IMG/VR virus record: IMGVR_UViG_3300018073_000018
Span: 1-32,262 of that record
DNA length: 32,262 nt
From: a virus
Lineage: Duplodnaviria > Caudoviricetes
Direction: 5' to 3' (one strand)
Both the position numbers and the translations under genes were made by a program. Numbering within the stretch: the stretch's first letter is position 1; each line of letters starts with the position of its first letter. The notes below the pieces were generated by a model. It worked only from the letters and a program-made list of their open reading frames with translations. It made no database searches and was not told the DNA's origin. Shown here in pieces: positions 8,584 through 17,481 of this stretch.

Positions 8584-10415
8584 GCATCCACGCCGCCTTT
8601 CGTCGTCAGCCGATGCCGCAGGGCGCGCAGCAACTGCAGACGATTACGATCCCGGCGCCGACGCGCGGCCTCATTCAGTCTGAGAATGAAGCCTTCATGC
8701 AGCCGGGCGGGGCGATCGTGCAGGACAACTGGGCGCCGACTATGCGCGGCGTCAAGCTGCGCGGCGGCTATACCCGCTGGTGCGATGTGCACGCGCTCGA
8801 TGCGCCGGCGTGGGCCAACAACACCGCCTACGCGCTTAACGCCAAGGTCTACGATCCGGCCACCGGCTTCTTCTGGAACGCCACGGCGGCGCACACCAGT
8901 CCGACAACCGGAACGTTTGCGGCGGCGCGTGCTGCAACACCCGGCCGGTGGGTCGACGCCAACGCCTCGTTCCCGCGGCTGCCGATCATCTCGGGCTTTA
9001 ACTACATCGCTGCTAATAATCAGCGCATGTACGCCGCCAATGCCACCAAGCTCTATGACGTTACGAGCTCGACGCCGGTACTGGTCAAGAGCGGCCAGGC
9101 CAGCGGCAACTACGTCGCGGCGCAGATGTTCAACCAGGCCGAAAACTGGATGATTGCGCTGAACGACGCCGGCGATTTTATCCTGCGCACCAAGAACGGT
9201 ATTGCCTGGACGGTCTTAAGCGGCGTCATCGGCGCGGCTGCTGACGGCACGACCAACATCACTTACGACCCGACTAAGCTACCGGCCGGCGTCGCGCAGG
9301 GCACCGGGCTTGTCTACGCCTGGACCTATCGTAATCGGCTGTATTTCATCCAGCGCGACAGCATGAACGCCTGGTACCTCGACATCAATCAGGTGGGCGG
9401 TGTGCTGTTGCCGATCTATCTGTCCGGCGCCTCGACCCGCGGTGGCAAGCTGTTGTTTGGCGCCACCTGGTCGATCGACGCCGGCGATGGCACGGACGAT
9501 AAATGTGTGTTCGTCACCGACACCGGCGAGGTGTTGGTGTTCACCGGCTCCAATCCCGGCGACGTCGCAAACTGGCGCCAAGAGGGTCGCTATCACATCG
9601 GTGCGCCGCTCGGCATGAATGCGCACATCGTTATCGGTGGCGACCTGTTCATCATGACGATCGACGGCGTCGTGCCGCTCAGCGAGGCTATTTCCAAAGA
9701 GAGCGGCAAGCTCGAGCAGGCGATGATTAGCCGGACCATTAAGCCGCTCTGGCGCGAGGAGGTCGCCGCCAAGCGCGCCTTTCCGTGGACGATCAAAAAG
9801 TGGGACGAGTATGGCGCGGTGTTTATCGCCACGCCAGGCGGGACCACACCCGCGATGAAACACTGCCTCCTTCTCAACAACACCAGCGGCGCCTGGGCGC
9901 GCTTTACCTGGGACGCGACCTGCTTTCTGCGCATGCGCACGGATATGTTTTTCGGGACGCAGAACGGCATCGTGATGCAGGCGGACCGCTCTGGTTATGA
10001 TGACGGGCAGCCTTACGTGGCGACGTTGGTCGGCGGCTGGGAGATGTTTCAGAACGGCAGCGCGCAAGTGGTGTGGCACCAGGCGCGCGCCGTTTTCACC
10101 GCCGGACCGAACGAACCATTTGAGCCGCAGCTCGCCGCCACCGTCGACTACGGCATCACCATTCCACCACCCCCGCCGGCCGGCATTGATCCAGGCTCGG
10201 GCGAGGGGTGGGACGAGGGCGCCTGGGATAGCGCACACTGGGACGCACCGAGCGCCGGCGCCCCGATCCAGCGCAGCACGTTGTGGGTCTCGATCGGCAT
10301 GAGCGGGCACGCTCACGCGCCGATCGTGCAGGTGACCGTGGCGCAGGTCTCGCGCCCGCGCGTCGAATTGATTGCGATCGCCACGACGCAGGAGCGCGGC
10401 GGCGTCAACGTCTAG
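8580..10415 (+). CDS. Tail tubular protein B / packaged-DNA stabilisation protein (beta-propeller type)
   Basis: N-terminal TIPAPTRGL, DNW.PT..GVKLRGGY, YRNRLYFI and a C-terminal WDEGAWDSAHW. Follows the adaptor gene. Confidence 0.75.
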   Translation: MSIHAAFRRQPMPQGAQQLQTITIPAPTRGLIQSENEAFMQPGGAIVQDNWAPTMRGVKLRGGYTRWCDVHALDAPAWANNTAYALNAKVYDPATGFFWNATAAHTSPTTGTFAAARAATPGRWVDANASFPRLPIISGFNYIAANNQRMYAANATKLYDVTSSTPVLVKSGQASGNYVAAQMFNQAENWMIALNDAGDFILRTKNGIAWTVLSGVIGAAADGTTNITYDPTKLPAGVAQGTGLVYAWTYRNRLYFIQRDSMNAWYLDINQVGGVLLPIYLSGASTRGGKLLFGATWSIDAGDGTDDKCVFVTDTGEVLVFTGSNPGDVANWRQEGRYHIGAPLGMNAHIVIGGDLFIMTIDGVVPLSEAISKESGKLEQAMISRTIKPLWREEVAAKRAFPWTIKKWDEYGAVFIATPGGTTPAMKHCLLLNNTSGAWARFTWDATCFLRMRTDMFFGTQNGIVMQADRSGYDDGQPYVATLVGGWEMFQNGSAQVVWHQARAVFTAGPNEPFEPQLAATVDYGITIPPPPPAGIDPGSGEGWDEGAWDSAHWDAPSAGAPIQRSTLWVSIGMSGHAHAPIVQVTVAQVSRPRVELIAIATTQERGGVNV

Positions 10416-10425
10416 GGAGCGAACT

Positions 10426-11244
10426 ATGAGCACACGCGATCAGATCGCCGCCGAGATTGCGGCGCGGTACACGCTGCCGAGCACCAATCTCCAGGAGAAT
10501 ATTCAGTTCTTCCAGAGCCGTGGCATTCCGATGTCCAGTATTATGCAACATCCCGCTTACCGGGAAATGTCTGCCCTCGATCAAGGCGGCGGCGGTGGTG
10601 GTGGTGGTGGCGGTGGCGGTGTCTTTGACGGCGGCTTTGCCGGCGGCGGCGACCCTTACCAGTATCCGACCGAGGGGTCTGATCCAGATGCGCAGGCCCC
10701 AGACGCCGGAAACGTCCATGCGACCGCAACCAACCCTAGCCCCAGTGTCGGATTGTTTAACGTCGGCGACCTGAATAACACGGGCAACATAGCGCCGGCC
10801 TTTAATGCGTTCGAAGGCGCTCCGATCACGACCGACACATTTGGCGATCGTTTCGGCACTCCCCCCGATACGGCGCCTCCCGGCTGGACCGTGACCGGAC
10901 CGCCCGCACCTGCACCCACGCCCTCGCCGACACCCGATGCGCCATCCCCGGCACCAGCACCGTCTAACAGCCCGGGTTATGGCGTCATCGGACCCGGCTA
11001 CGGCGACCCTGGTGTTGGCATGGGCTACGGCGGCGCGACCGGCGACGGCACCTCGGGCGGCTTTGGCGCCGACGTCGGCGGCCCCGGCATCGGCGGCTCC
11101 AGCACTGGCATTTCCGGTGGCCCCGGCGGCACCGGTGAAGGCGGTGCCAACACCGGCGAGGGTGGCACGGGTGTTTCCGCCGGCTATGGCGGCGGCGGCG
11201 GCGACGCTGGCGGCGGGGGCGGTGGTGGCGGGGGAGGCAAATGA
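10426..11244 (+). CDS. Gly/Pro-rich low-complexity putative internal virion protein
   Basis: GGGAG SD before the ATG at 10426. Contains poly-Gly tracts and ends GGGGK, with an ATGA overlap into the next gene. Confidence 0.6.
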   Translation: MSTRDQIAAEIAARYTLPSTNLQENIQFFQSRGIPMSSIMQHPAYREMSALDQGGGGGGGGGGGGVFDGGFAGGGDPYQYPTEGSDPDAQAPDAGNVHATATNPSPSVGLFNVGDLNNTGNIAPAFNAFEGAPITTDTFGDRFGTPPDTAPPGWTVTGPPAPAPTPSPTPDAPSPAPAPSNSPGYGVIGPGYGDPGVGMGYGGATGDGTSGGFGADVGGPGIGGSSTGISGGPGGTGEGGANTGEGGTGVSAGYGGGGGDAGGGGGGGGGGK

Positions 11245-11786
11245 TCCCAGCAAATCCAGGTTACAGTCCGAACGACTATCGCAACATGGTCTCCAAGCTA
11301 TTGGTTTTGCAGAACCAGGCGGGTGCCGCCATGTCGGGACGACCAGACCCGGCGAACCTTACCCCGATGGCGGGCGCGGTGGCGCCTTCCGGCAATTATC
11401 CGGCGCCTGATATGACACTGCCGCGACAGCCGACGCCCGCTCCGGCAGGAACACCCCCGCTGGCGCCGGCGATGAAGTCGCCAACCGAGCTCATGAACGC
11501 GCCGGTCACGCCGGTAGGGCCGCTTCCGGCACCTGCAACCGCGCCACTCCCGGCCGCGACAATGCCTGCGTCCTCAGGCTTTTTGGGTGGTGATGCCTCC
11601 GCGGCAATGCCTGCTTCCTCAGGCTTTTTGGGTGGTGATGCCCCCGCCACACCGAATTATGAGCAGCCCGTTGATGGCGCAGGCGCCGCCGGCGCCACAG
11701 TTGGGTTTAGCGGCGGCAGCATGGCTGGCGACCAGAGCGCCGGTAGCGGCAGCGGCGGCGGCGCGGGTGGGGGCAGCGGCAAATGA
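11241..11786 (+). CDS. Pro/Ala/Gly-rich low-complexity protein with an internal duplication
   Basis: ATGA overlaps at both ends. MPASSGFLGGDA occurs twice. Ends GGGSGK. Confidence 0.6.
   Translation: MIPANPGYSPNDYRNMVSKLLVLQNQAGAAMSGRPDPANLTPMAGAVAPSGNYPAPDMTLPRQPTPAPAGTPPLAPAMKSPTELMNAPVTPVGPLPAPATAPLPAATMPASSGFLGGDASAAMPASSGFLGGDAPATPNYEQPVDGAGAAGATVGFSGGSMAGDQSAGSGSGGGAGGGSGK
11560..11642 (+). repeat. 38-bp direct repeat, 45-bp period, in frame
   Basis: CAATGCCTGC(G/T)TCCTCAGGCTTTTTGGGTGGTGATGCC at 11560 and 11605, with one mismatch. Confidence 0.9.
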
Positions 11787-12253
11787 CGTTGCGGTATGTC
11801 TACGGGCAGGATAGGAGCGTGGCGCAGTTCGTGGCGCGGCTAATCCCGCACGTCGATCCGCGCGGCTTTCCTGCCAACACGACCGCAATCGGCATCACCA
11901 ACGCGCAGGGCACGCCGGTCGGGGGCATCGTCTTCTTCAACCACATTCCGCCGGCCGGGACGATCGAGATCGCCATTGCGGCGCATCCTGGAACGCGTTG
12001 GCTGACGCGCGCCACGATGCGCCATATGGCCAGTCACACACTGGGGACGCACGGCTGCCAGATGGTGATCATGCGCGTGCGGGCGGATGACACGCTGGTG
12101 CTGAACCAACTCAAGCTATTCGGCTTCTCGGCGACGCCGATCGCGCGCCTCTATGGCCGCAACGACGACGGCGTGTTCTGCACCTACACGGCCGAGCAGT
12201 GGGCGCAAAGCCGCTTTAACCGGCCCGAGCTTGAACATAGAAAGGTGGCCTAA
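11783..12253 (+). CDS. GNAT-fold acetyltransferase-like virion-module protein
   Basis: TAIGI...VGGIVFFN...IEIAIAA...RWLTR...LKLFGF...ARLYGRNDDG. Lies between the tail tube and ejection genes, as in many podoviruses. Confidence 0.75.
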   Translation: MTLRYVYGQDRSVAQFVARLIPHVDPRGFPANTTAIGITNAQGTPVGGIVFFNHIPPAGTIEIAIAAHPGTRWLTRATMRHMASHTLGTHGCQMVIMRVRADDTLVLNQLKLFGFSATPIARLYGRNDDGVFCTYTAEQWAQSRFNRPELEHRKVA

Positions 12254-12631
12254 ATGGCCCTTCCAGCCCCTCAACAGAGGGCACCTATGCTGCCCCCGGG
12301 GAAATACCCCCCGCCGGACCCGCGCGACCAGATCACGAAGGCGCTGCTCGATCAGCAGTACCCGCCGCCCAGGCCACCGCCGCTGCCGCAGATGCCGCCT
12401 CCTGGCGGCGCTGCGCCGCCTCCTGGTGGAATGCCGCCTCCTGGCGCAGCGCCGGCCCCAGGCGCGCCGCCTCCGATGGGCGCAGGAATGCCGCCTCCGG
12501 GTGGAATGCCGCCGCCAGGCGGGCCGGTACCGCCTCCAGGCGGCCTACCGCCGGCGGCCACGCCGGGAATGATGACCAATCCAGCCCAGCTCGCGGGCAT
12601 GCCGCGTCCGGGAATGCCCCCCATCGGGTAA
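12254..12631 (+). CDS. Extremely Pro-rich protein with (M/V/L)PPPGG repeats
   Basis: Starts immediately after the GNAT stop with AAGG upstream and exactly fills the gap to the next SD. Confidence 0.6.
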   Translation: MALPAPQQRAPMLPPGKYPPPDPRDQITKALLDQQYPPPRPPPLPQMPPPGGAAPPPGGMPPPGAAPAPGAPPPMGAGMPPPGGMPPPGGPVPPPGGLPPAATPGMMTNPAQLAGMPRPGMPPIG

Positions 12632-12642
12632 GGAGATAAAAC

Positions 12643-14187
12643 ATGGGTTTGATTTTTCCCGATCCGCCGCAGGCGCCCAACCCGATCCTCACCGCCGGGG
12701 CGCAGACGGCGCAGAACATCGGCACGGCCATCACCGGCTCGTACCTGAACAACTACAATCAGGTCACGCCGACCGGCAGCCTGACCTACGACACGACCAG
12801 CCGACCGGCCTATCCGTACACCGACCCGCTCACCGGACAGACCTATCAAGTCCCGCAATGGACCGCGACACAGACGCTCAGCCCGGCCGGGCAAAGGCTG
12901 CAGACCACCAACGAGACCACCACCCAGACCCTGGCCGACCTCGGGCAGTACGAGGCTACCAGCCTCTCCGACATGCTGCGCGATCCCAATCGCAGCCTAG
13001 CGGCGTCCTACAACAACGCGCCCGCGGCCGGCACCGTACCGGGGGCGAATATCCCGGGGACGCAATACGGCTGGGGCGATGTCGGCCAGCAGCAAAGGAG
13101 TTTGCCGGATCGCGGGCTGCAGCAGACGACGTTCGGCGAGGCCGGCGACATTACCCGCTCGTATGGCCCGCAAGACGACTTCTCGTCCGACCGGCAGCGG
13201 GTGGAGGAAAGCCTCTACCAGCGCATCAACCCGCAACTGCAGCAGGACCGCGATCGGCTGCGCCAACAGCTCGCCGACCAGGGCATCCAGTACGGCACCG
13301 AAGCCTATGACCGCGCCATTGCGGCCGCCGATCGGCAGACCACCGACGCGCGCTTGGCGGTGACCGCCCAGGGCGGCCAAGAACAGCAGCGCATGATGGA
13401 CATGGCGGCGCAGCGCGCCGGCTTTCAGAATGCGGCGCAAAAGCAAGCCTATGACCAAGCGCTCGGGCGCGGTCAGTTCGCCAATCAGGCGCAGATCGAA
13501 CAATTTCAAAAAGACGTCGGCTCTGGCACTTTTGCCAACCAGGCACAGAAGGACGCCTTCACCCAGGAGGCGAGCCGCGCCCAGTTCAACAATGCCGCGC
13601 AGGCGCAGGAGCTGGCGCGCCAAAGCGCGCAGTTCAACGCGCAGAACACCTCGCGCGGAAATTACCTGACCGAACAGGCCGCACTGCGCAGCGCGCCGAT
13701 CAACGAGATCCTGGCGCTCCAGTCCGGCAGCCAAGTACAGCAGCCAAACTTCGTGAATACCGGCAGTAATCAAATCGCCAATACTGACGTCGCCGGGATC
13801 ATCAACAATCGCTTTAGTCAAGATCTCGACATCTACAAGCAACAGACCTCCAACGTAAACAATATCATCGGCGGACTGTTCGGCCTGGCCGGCTCGGGCG
13901 CTAAGGCCGGCGCACAGATCTACGCCCCCACGTCCGATCGCCGGGCGAAGAAGAACATTCACCGCGTCGGCACTGTGTTTGCCGCGCGCAAGCACGACGC
14001 ACCCAAAAAATTGCCGATCTATTCCTACCAATACAAAGATGGGCACGAGGACAACGGCGCGGCGCGGCACATCGGCCCGATGGCGCAGGACATGGAGAAG
14101 ATCGATCCGGGCGCGGTGAAGACGATCAGCGGCATCAAGCACATCAAGACCAAGCGCGTGCTCGGCGACATCTTAAGGGTGGCGTGA
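12643..14187 (+). CDS. DNA ejection/pilot-type protein with a C-terminal peptidase S74-like intramolecular chaperone
   Basis: SD AAGGAG. N-terminal NQVTPTGSLTY, a Gln/Ala-rich helical body, then SDRRAKKNI...LPIYSYQYK...HIGPMAQDMEK. Confidence 0.7.
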   Translation: MGLIFPDPPQAPNPILTAGAQTAQNIGTAITGSYLNNYNQVTPTGSLTYDTTSRPAYPYTDPLTGQTYQVPQWTATQTLSPAGQRLQTTNETTTQTLADLGQYEATSLSDMLRDPNRSLAASYNNAPAAGTVPGANIPGTQYGWGDVGQQQRSLPDRGLQQTTFGEAGDITRSYGPQDDFSSDRQRVEESLYQRINPQLQQDRDRLRQQLADQGIQYGTEAYDRAIAAADRQTTDARLAVTAQGGQEQQRMMDMAAQRAGFQNAAQKQAYDQALGRGQFANQAQIEQFQKDVGSGTFANQAQKDAFTQEASRAQFNNAAQAQELARQSAQFNAQNTSRGNYLTEQAALRSAPINEILALQSGSQVQQPNFVNTGSNQIANTDVAGIINNRFSQDLDIYKQQTSNVNNIIGGLFGLAGSGAKAGAQIYAPTSDRRAKKNIHRVGTVFAARKHDAPKKLPIYSYQYKDGHEDNGAARHIGPMAQDMEKIDPGAVKTISGIKHIKTKRVLGDILRVA

Positions 14188-14188
14188 C

Positions 14189-15805
14189 ATGGCCGAACCA
14201 GACGACGTTGCGTCACGCTACGGCACAGGGACGGGAATACTCGACCCGATCTTGGCGTTCAGCCCGAACTTGTCGCTGGAGGAGATCAAGCGCCGGCGCG
14301 CCATTGCGGGAGCACTCGCGGCGCGCTCACGTCCGTATCCGAAAACCGTCGGGGAGGGGATGACTTATTTCGGCGAAGCTCTCGCCGAGGCGATTAGCGA
14401 TTACACCACCGGCCGAGCCGAAAAGAAGTACAACACAGAGCGTGACGCGGCTGACCCGACCGCCAAGTTCCTGCCGGGTGCCGTAGCGCCGCGGCCGGTT
14501 ACTGAAGCGCCGCCTGCAGTCGTGCCGCCTCCAGCAACCGCGGCAGCCCCTGTGCCTGCCGCTGGGCGCCCCAGCCCTGCGCCAGCCTATCGGGCAGGTC
14601 CGCTCGCGGCCGTCGATCCACTCACGGTCGAGCCGCCATCCGGGCCAGCCAATCGCGATGTGATCGCGCAGGGGATCTTGGCACGCAATAGCGCCGCGCC
14701 TCCTGCCCCTGCGCCGGCACCTTCACCGACCCTTGGCGCCGCGCCGGCTGGCCCAGCTCCTGACGGGGCAGGCTTTGCAGAAGAGGGTGGACCCAACCCG
14801 CCGATCGTGTCGCGCGACATCAAACCGATGCAAATGGCACAAGCCGCGCCTGTGTCTGGACTGCGCCCGCCGAACCCGGACGCATTGCGGACTGTCACGC
14901 CGCCGCATCCAGTCATGGGACCACCGACGGAAGAGGAAGTAGCAGCCGCAGCTTACCTGCGGCAAAAACCCGGTGATGAAGTCGTTGCCGCTCGTGCCGC
15001 TGCACTCGCCAAGATCGGGCGCGACCGGCGCGAGAACGCCTACCGGGAAGCGCAGGAGAAATGGAAACTCGATTACGGCTCCGGCCTCAAGCGCGAGGAA
15101 GAGGAGCAGAAGTACGAGCGAGATTATCCGGTCAAAAGTTTCGAGTTTAGCGAGGCGCAGAAGAAGGCCGCGTTGGAGGCGCGCCTTGGCGGCCGCAAGG
15201 TCGAGGACTTCGTCAAGGACTTCAGGCTCGAGCACGCCGAAGCCAACAAGCAGATTGGTGCACTCACCGGCATTAAGGAGGCTGAAGCTGCGATCAAGGC
15301 AGGGGCGATTACCGGCATGGGACGCAATCTCCGCGTCGACTTGGAGCGGGCAAAAGCCCTGTGGGGTGATGACGACGCCGACAAGATCGCCGCGCAGTCG
15401 CAAGTTCTTGCTTCGACGCTTCAGTCCACGCTCGCGGTCGCGCTGGCCAAGTACCAGGCTGGCGACAGCAGGGTGACAGAAGGCGATATGAAGGCTGCAC
15501 AGGGCATGATCGGTACGCCTGACATGCAGCGGGCGGCGATCCTGAAGCTAACAGCAATCGCCAAGGAAGAAGCGCACGACCGCATCAATGCCTTTGAGGA
15601 GCGGCGCCATAAACGTGTCGGTGGCACGCCGTTGGAGGATGATTTCCAATTAACAATGCGCCCCACGGCAACGGAAAAAAGCATTCAACGGCTCATCGCG
15701 GACAAGAACGACCCGGATGCCATCGCAGAGTTTGACGCGATGTTTGGGCCGGGGGCGGCACGGCTTGAGATAAGCCGAGCACGACGCGCGGCGGAACGCA
15801 AATGA
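14189..15805 (+). CDS. Putative DNA ejection (internal virion) protein
   Basis: Ala-rich helical protein with a Pro linker and a C-terminal DPDAIAEFDAMFGPGAA. Position in the ejection cluster. Confidence 0.55.
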   Translation: MAEPDDVASRYGTGTGILDPILAFSPNLSLEEIKRRRAIAGALAARSRPYPKTVGEGMTYFGEALAEAISDYTTGRAEKKYNTERDAADPTAKFLPGAVAPRPVTEAPPAVVPPPATAAAPVPAAGRPSPAPAYRAGPLAAVDPLTVEPPSGPANRDVIAQGILARNSAAPPAPAPAPSPTLGAAPAGPAPDGAGFAEEGGPNPPIVSRDIKPMQMAQAAPVSGLRPPNPDALRTVTPPHPVMGPPTEEEVAAAAYLRQKPGDEVVAARAAALAKIGRDRRENAYREAQEKWKLDYGSGLKREEEEQKYERDYPVKSFEFSEAQKKAALEARLGGRKVEDFVKDFRLEHAEANKQIGALTGIKEAEAAIKAGAITGMGRNLRVDLERAKALWGDDDADKIAAQSQVLASTLQSTLAVALAKYQAGDSRVTEGDMKAAQGMIGTPDMQRAAILKLTAIAKEEAHDRINAFEERRHKRVGGTPLEDDFQLTMRPTATEKSIQRLIADKNDPDAIAEFDAMFGPGAARLEISRARRAAERK

Positions 15806-17472
15806 CCGATAAGCCCAACCGCTTCCAGGAAACCGAAGAGAGCGAGCGCCCCGCGCGCCCGCCCGCCACGTCTGTTGCAGCGCCAACCAACCGCTTTGCC
15901 GATGACCCTAACGCGGCGCCGCCTGTAACAGCAGCGCCTGCGCGCACTTGGGGCGACACTCTGCGGGGCGCCGGGCAGACTGCCCTTGATTTTGCTGCCG
16001 CTGCCGGCAGTAGCGGCACCTTCGGAATGGACGTTCGCCGCGATGCGCTCGCGGGGTGGATAGCCGGCGATTACCCGAGCTACTCCGCCGGTGTTGAAGC
16101 AGAGCAAAAGCGGCTTGAAAAACACCGCGAGCGCAGCCCGATCGCCTCGGTCGCCGGTGACGTCGCCGGTGCTGTTGCACTCCCCGGTATGGGCGGCGCT
16201 GGACTGGCGGCGCGTGGCATCAAGGCAGGCGCGGCGCCGTGGCTCGCGCGCGCGGGCGGCTATGGCATTGAGGGTGCAGGGGTTGGTGCAGGACAAGCCG
16301 CGGGCACGACTTATAGCGGCGTTCCGTCCGATTACCTCAAGAATGCCCTAACCGGCGGCGCCATCGGCTTTGGACTTGGCGGCACGATCGGTGGTGCATT
16401 CGGGCCGCGCAATCCGGGACCACGCACAACGGCGGTAACGCCGCCATCGGGGCAAACACAACGCGTCGCCGACTACGCCTATGACGCGTTGCGCGCCAGT
16501 CCGGCGCAGTACGAGGCGCCGGCGGCACGGCAGCTGGGTGACCGGGTGGCGCAGCGGATCCAGCACTATGACCCGGTCTACGCGCCGACATCGACCCGCG
16601 CGGTCGAGCGGCTGCGCGGCTTCGACAACTGGCCGACCAGCCAGACCGTGACGCCGGCGCAGTTCGATCTGGTGCGCCAGTCGATCAACGAGATCCCGGC
16701 GATCGCCAGCAAGGACCGCTCGGCGGGCCGCATCGTCAAGACCATGATCGACGACTTTCTTGCCGCGCCGCCGCCTGGTGCGGTGCGCTCCGGCTTCCAG
16801 CGCGAGGCCGCCGAGGCCGCGCGGATCGCCCGCAATGCGACGGACTTGCACGCTGGCGCGGCGCGGGCGCGTGCAATTGAGAACTTACAGACCTCGGCAA
16901 AAAACGCTACCGGCCGCGAGGGCAGCCTGGCCGAGCGCCAAGCCTCCAAATTGGCGACTTTCATGGATCCCGCCACCGCGGCCGGGCGCAATCGCATGCG
17001 CGGCTTCAACGCCGCCGAGCGCGAAGCTTTTCAGGATGTGATCACACCGAGCGGCAGACAGAATTTCCTAAAATCAGCCGGTGACCTGCTCTCTGGTTCC
17101 AACGCGCCAGGCGGACCTGCTGCTACCGCGGCGGTGCTTGGTGGGCTCGGTGGCGGCGCTGGATATTACTTCAAGGATAGTCCGGTGGTCGGCACTGCAG
17201 CGGGCCTCGCCGTACCGATCGCCGGAGCGTTGATGAAGGGCGGCGCCAATCGGATGAGCGCCAAGTCATTCGATCGCGCGCTCGATCTCGTGCGCCAGCG
17301 CAATCCGCTCTATGCACACCGTGTCGCTAATGCGCCAGTGCTCAGTCCCGGCAAGCACGGTTCACAGATGTTGCGCGATGCCATGACCGCTGGCCTGATC
17401 GCGCAAGGCTTCGGTCAGGTCGACAGCGTCGAGGACGAGCCATTGCGTATCACTGTTAATCCGCGTCGATAG
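15802..17472 (+). CDS. Putative DNA ejection protein with Gly/Ala-rich membrane-active segments
   Basis: SPIASVAGDVAGAVALPG and GGAIGFGLGGTIGGAFG glycine-zipper-like segments. ATGA overlap. Confidence 0.6.
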   Translation: MTDKPNRFQETEESERPARPPATSVAAPTNRFADDPNAAPPVTAAPARTWGDTLRGAGQTALDFAAAAGSSGTFGMDVRRDALAGWIAGDYPSYSAGVEAEQKRLEKHRERSPIASVAGDVAGAVALPGMGGAGLAARGIKAGAAPWLARAGGYGIEGAGVGAGQAAGTTYSGVPSDYLKNALTGGAIGFGLGGTIGGAFGPRNPGPRTTAVTPPSGQTQRVADYAYDALRASPAQYEAPAARQLGDRVAQRIQHYDPVYAPTSTRAVERLRGFDNWPTSQTVTPAQFDLVRQSINEIPAIASKDRSAGRIVKTMIDDFLAAPPPGAVRSGFQREAAEAARIARNATDLHAGAARARAIENLQTSAKNATGREGSLAERQASKLATFMDPATAAGRNRMRGFNAAEREAFQDVITPSGRQNFLKSAGDLLSGSNAPGGPAATAAVLGGLGGGAGYYFKDSPVVGTAAGLAVPIAGALMKGGANRMSAKSFDRALDLVRQRNPLYAHRVANAPVLSPGKHGSQMLRDAMTAGLIAQGFGQVDSVEDEPLRITVNPRR

Positions 17473-17481
17473 GAGTAACTC

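Noticed and set aside
4396-14142. Long antisense ORFs (4396-5733, 6560-7846, 9279-10433, 12997-14142)
   Set aside because: They are shadows of high-GC sense genes, with no SDs or recognisable motifs, and they overlap well-supported virion genes.
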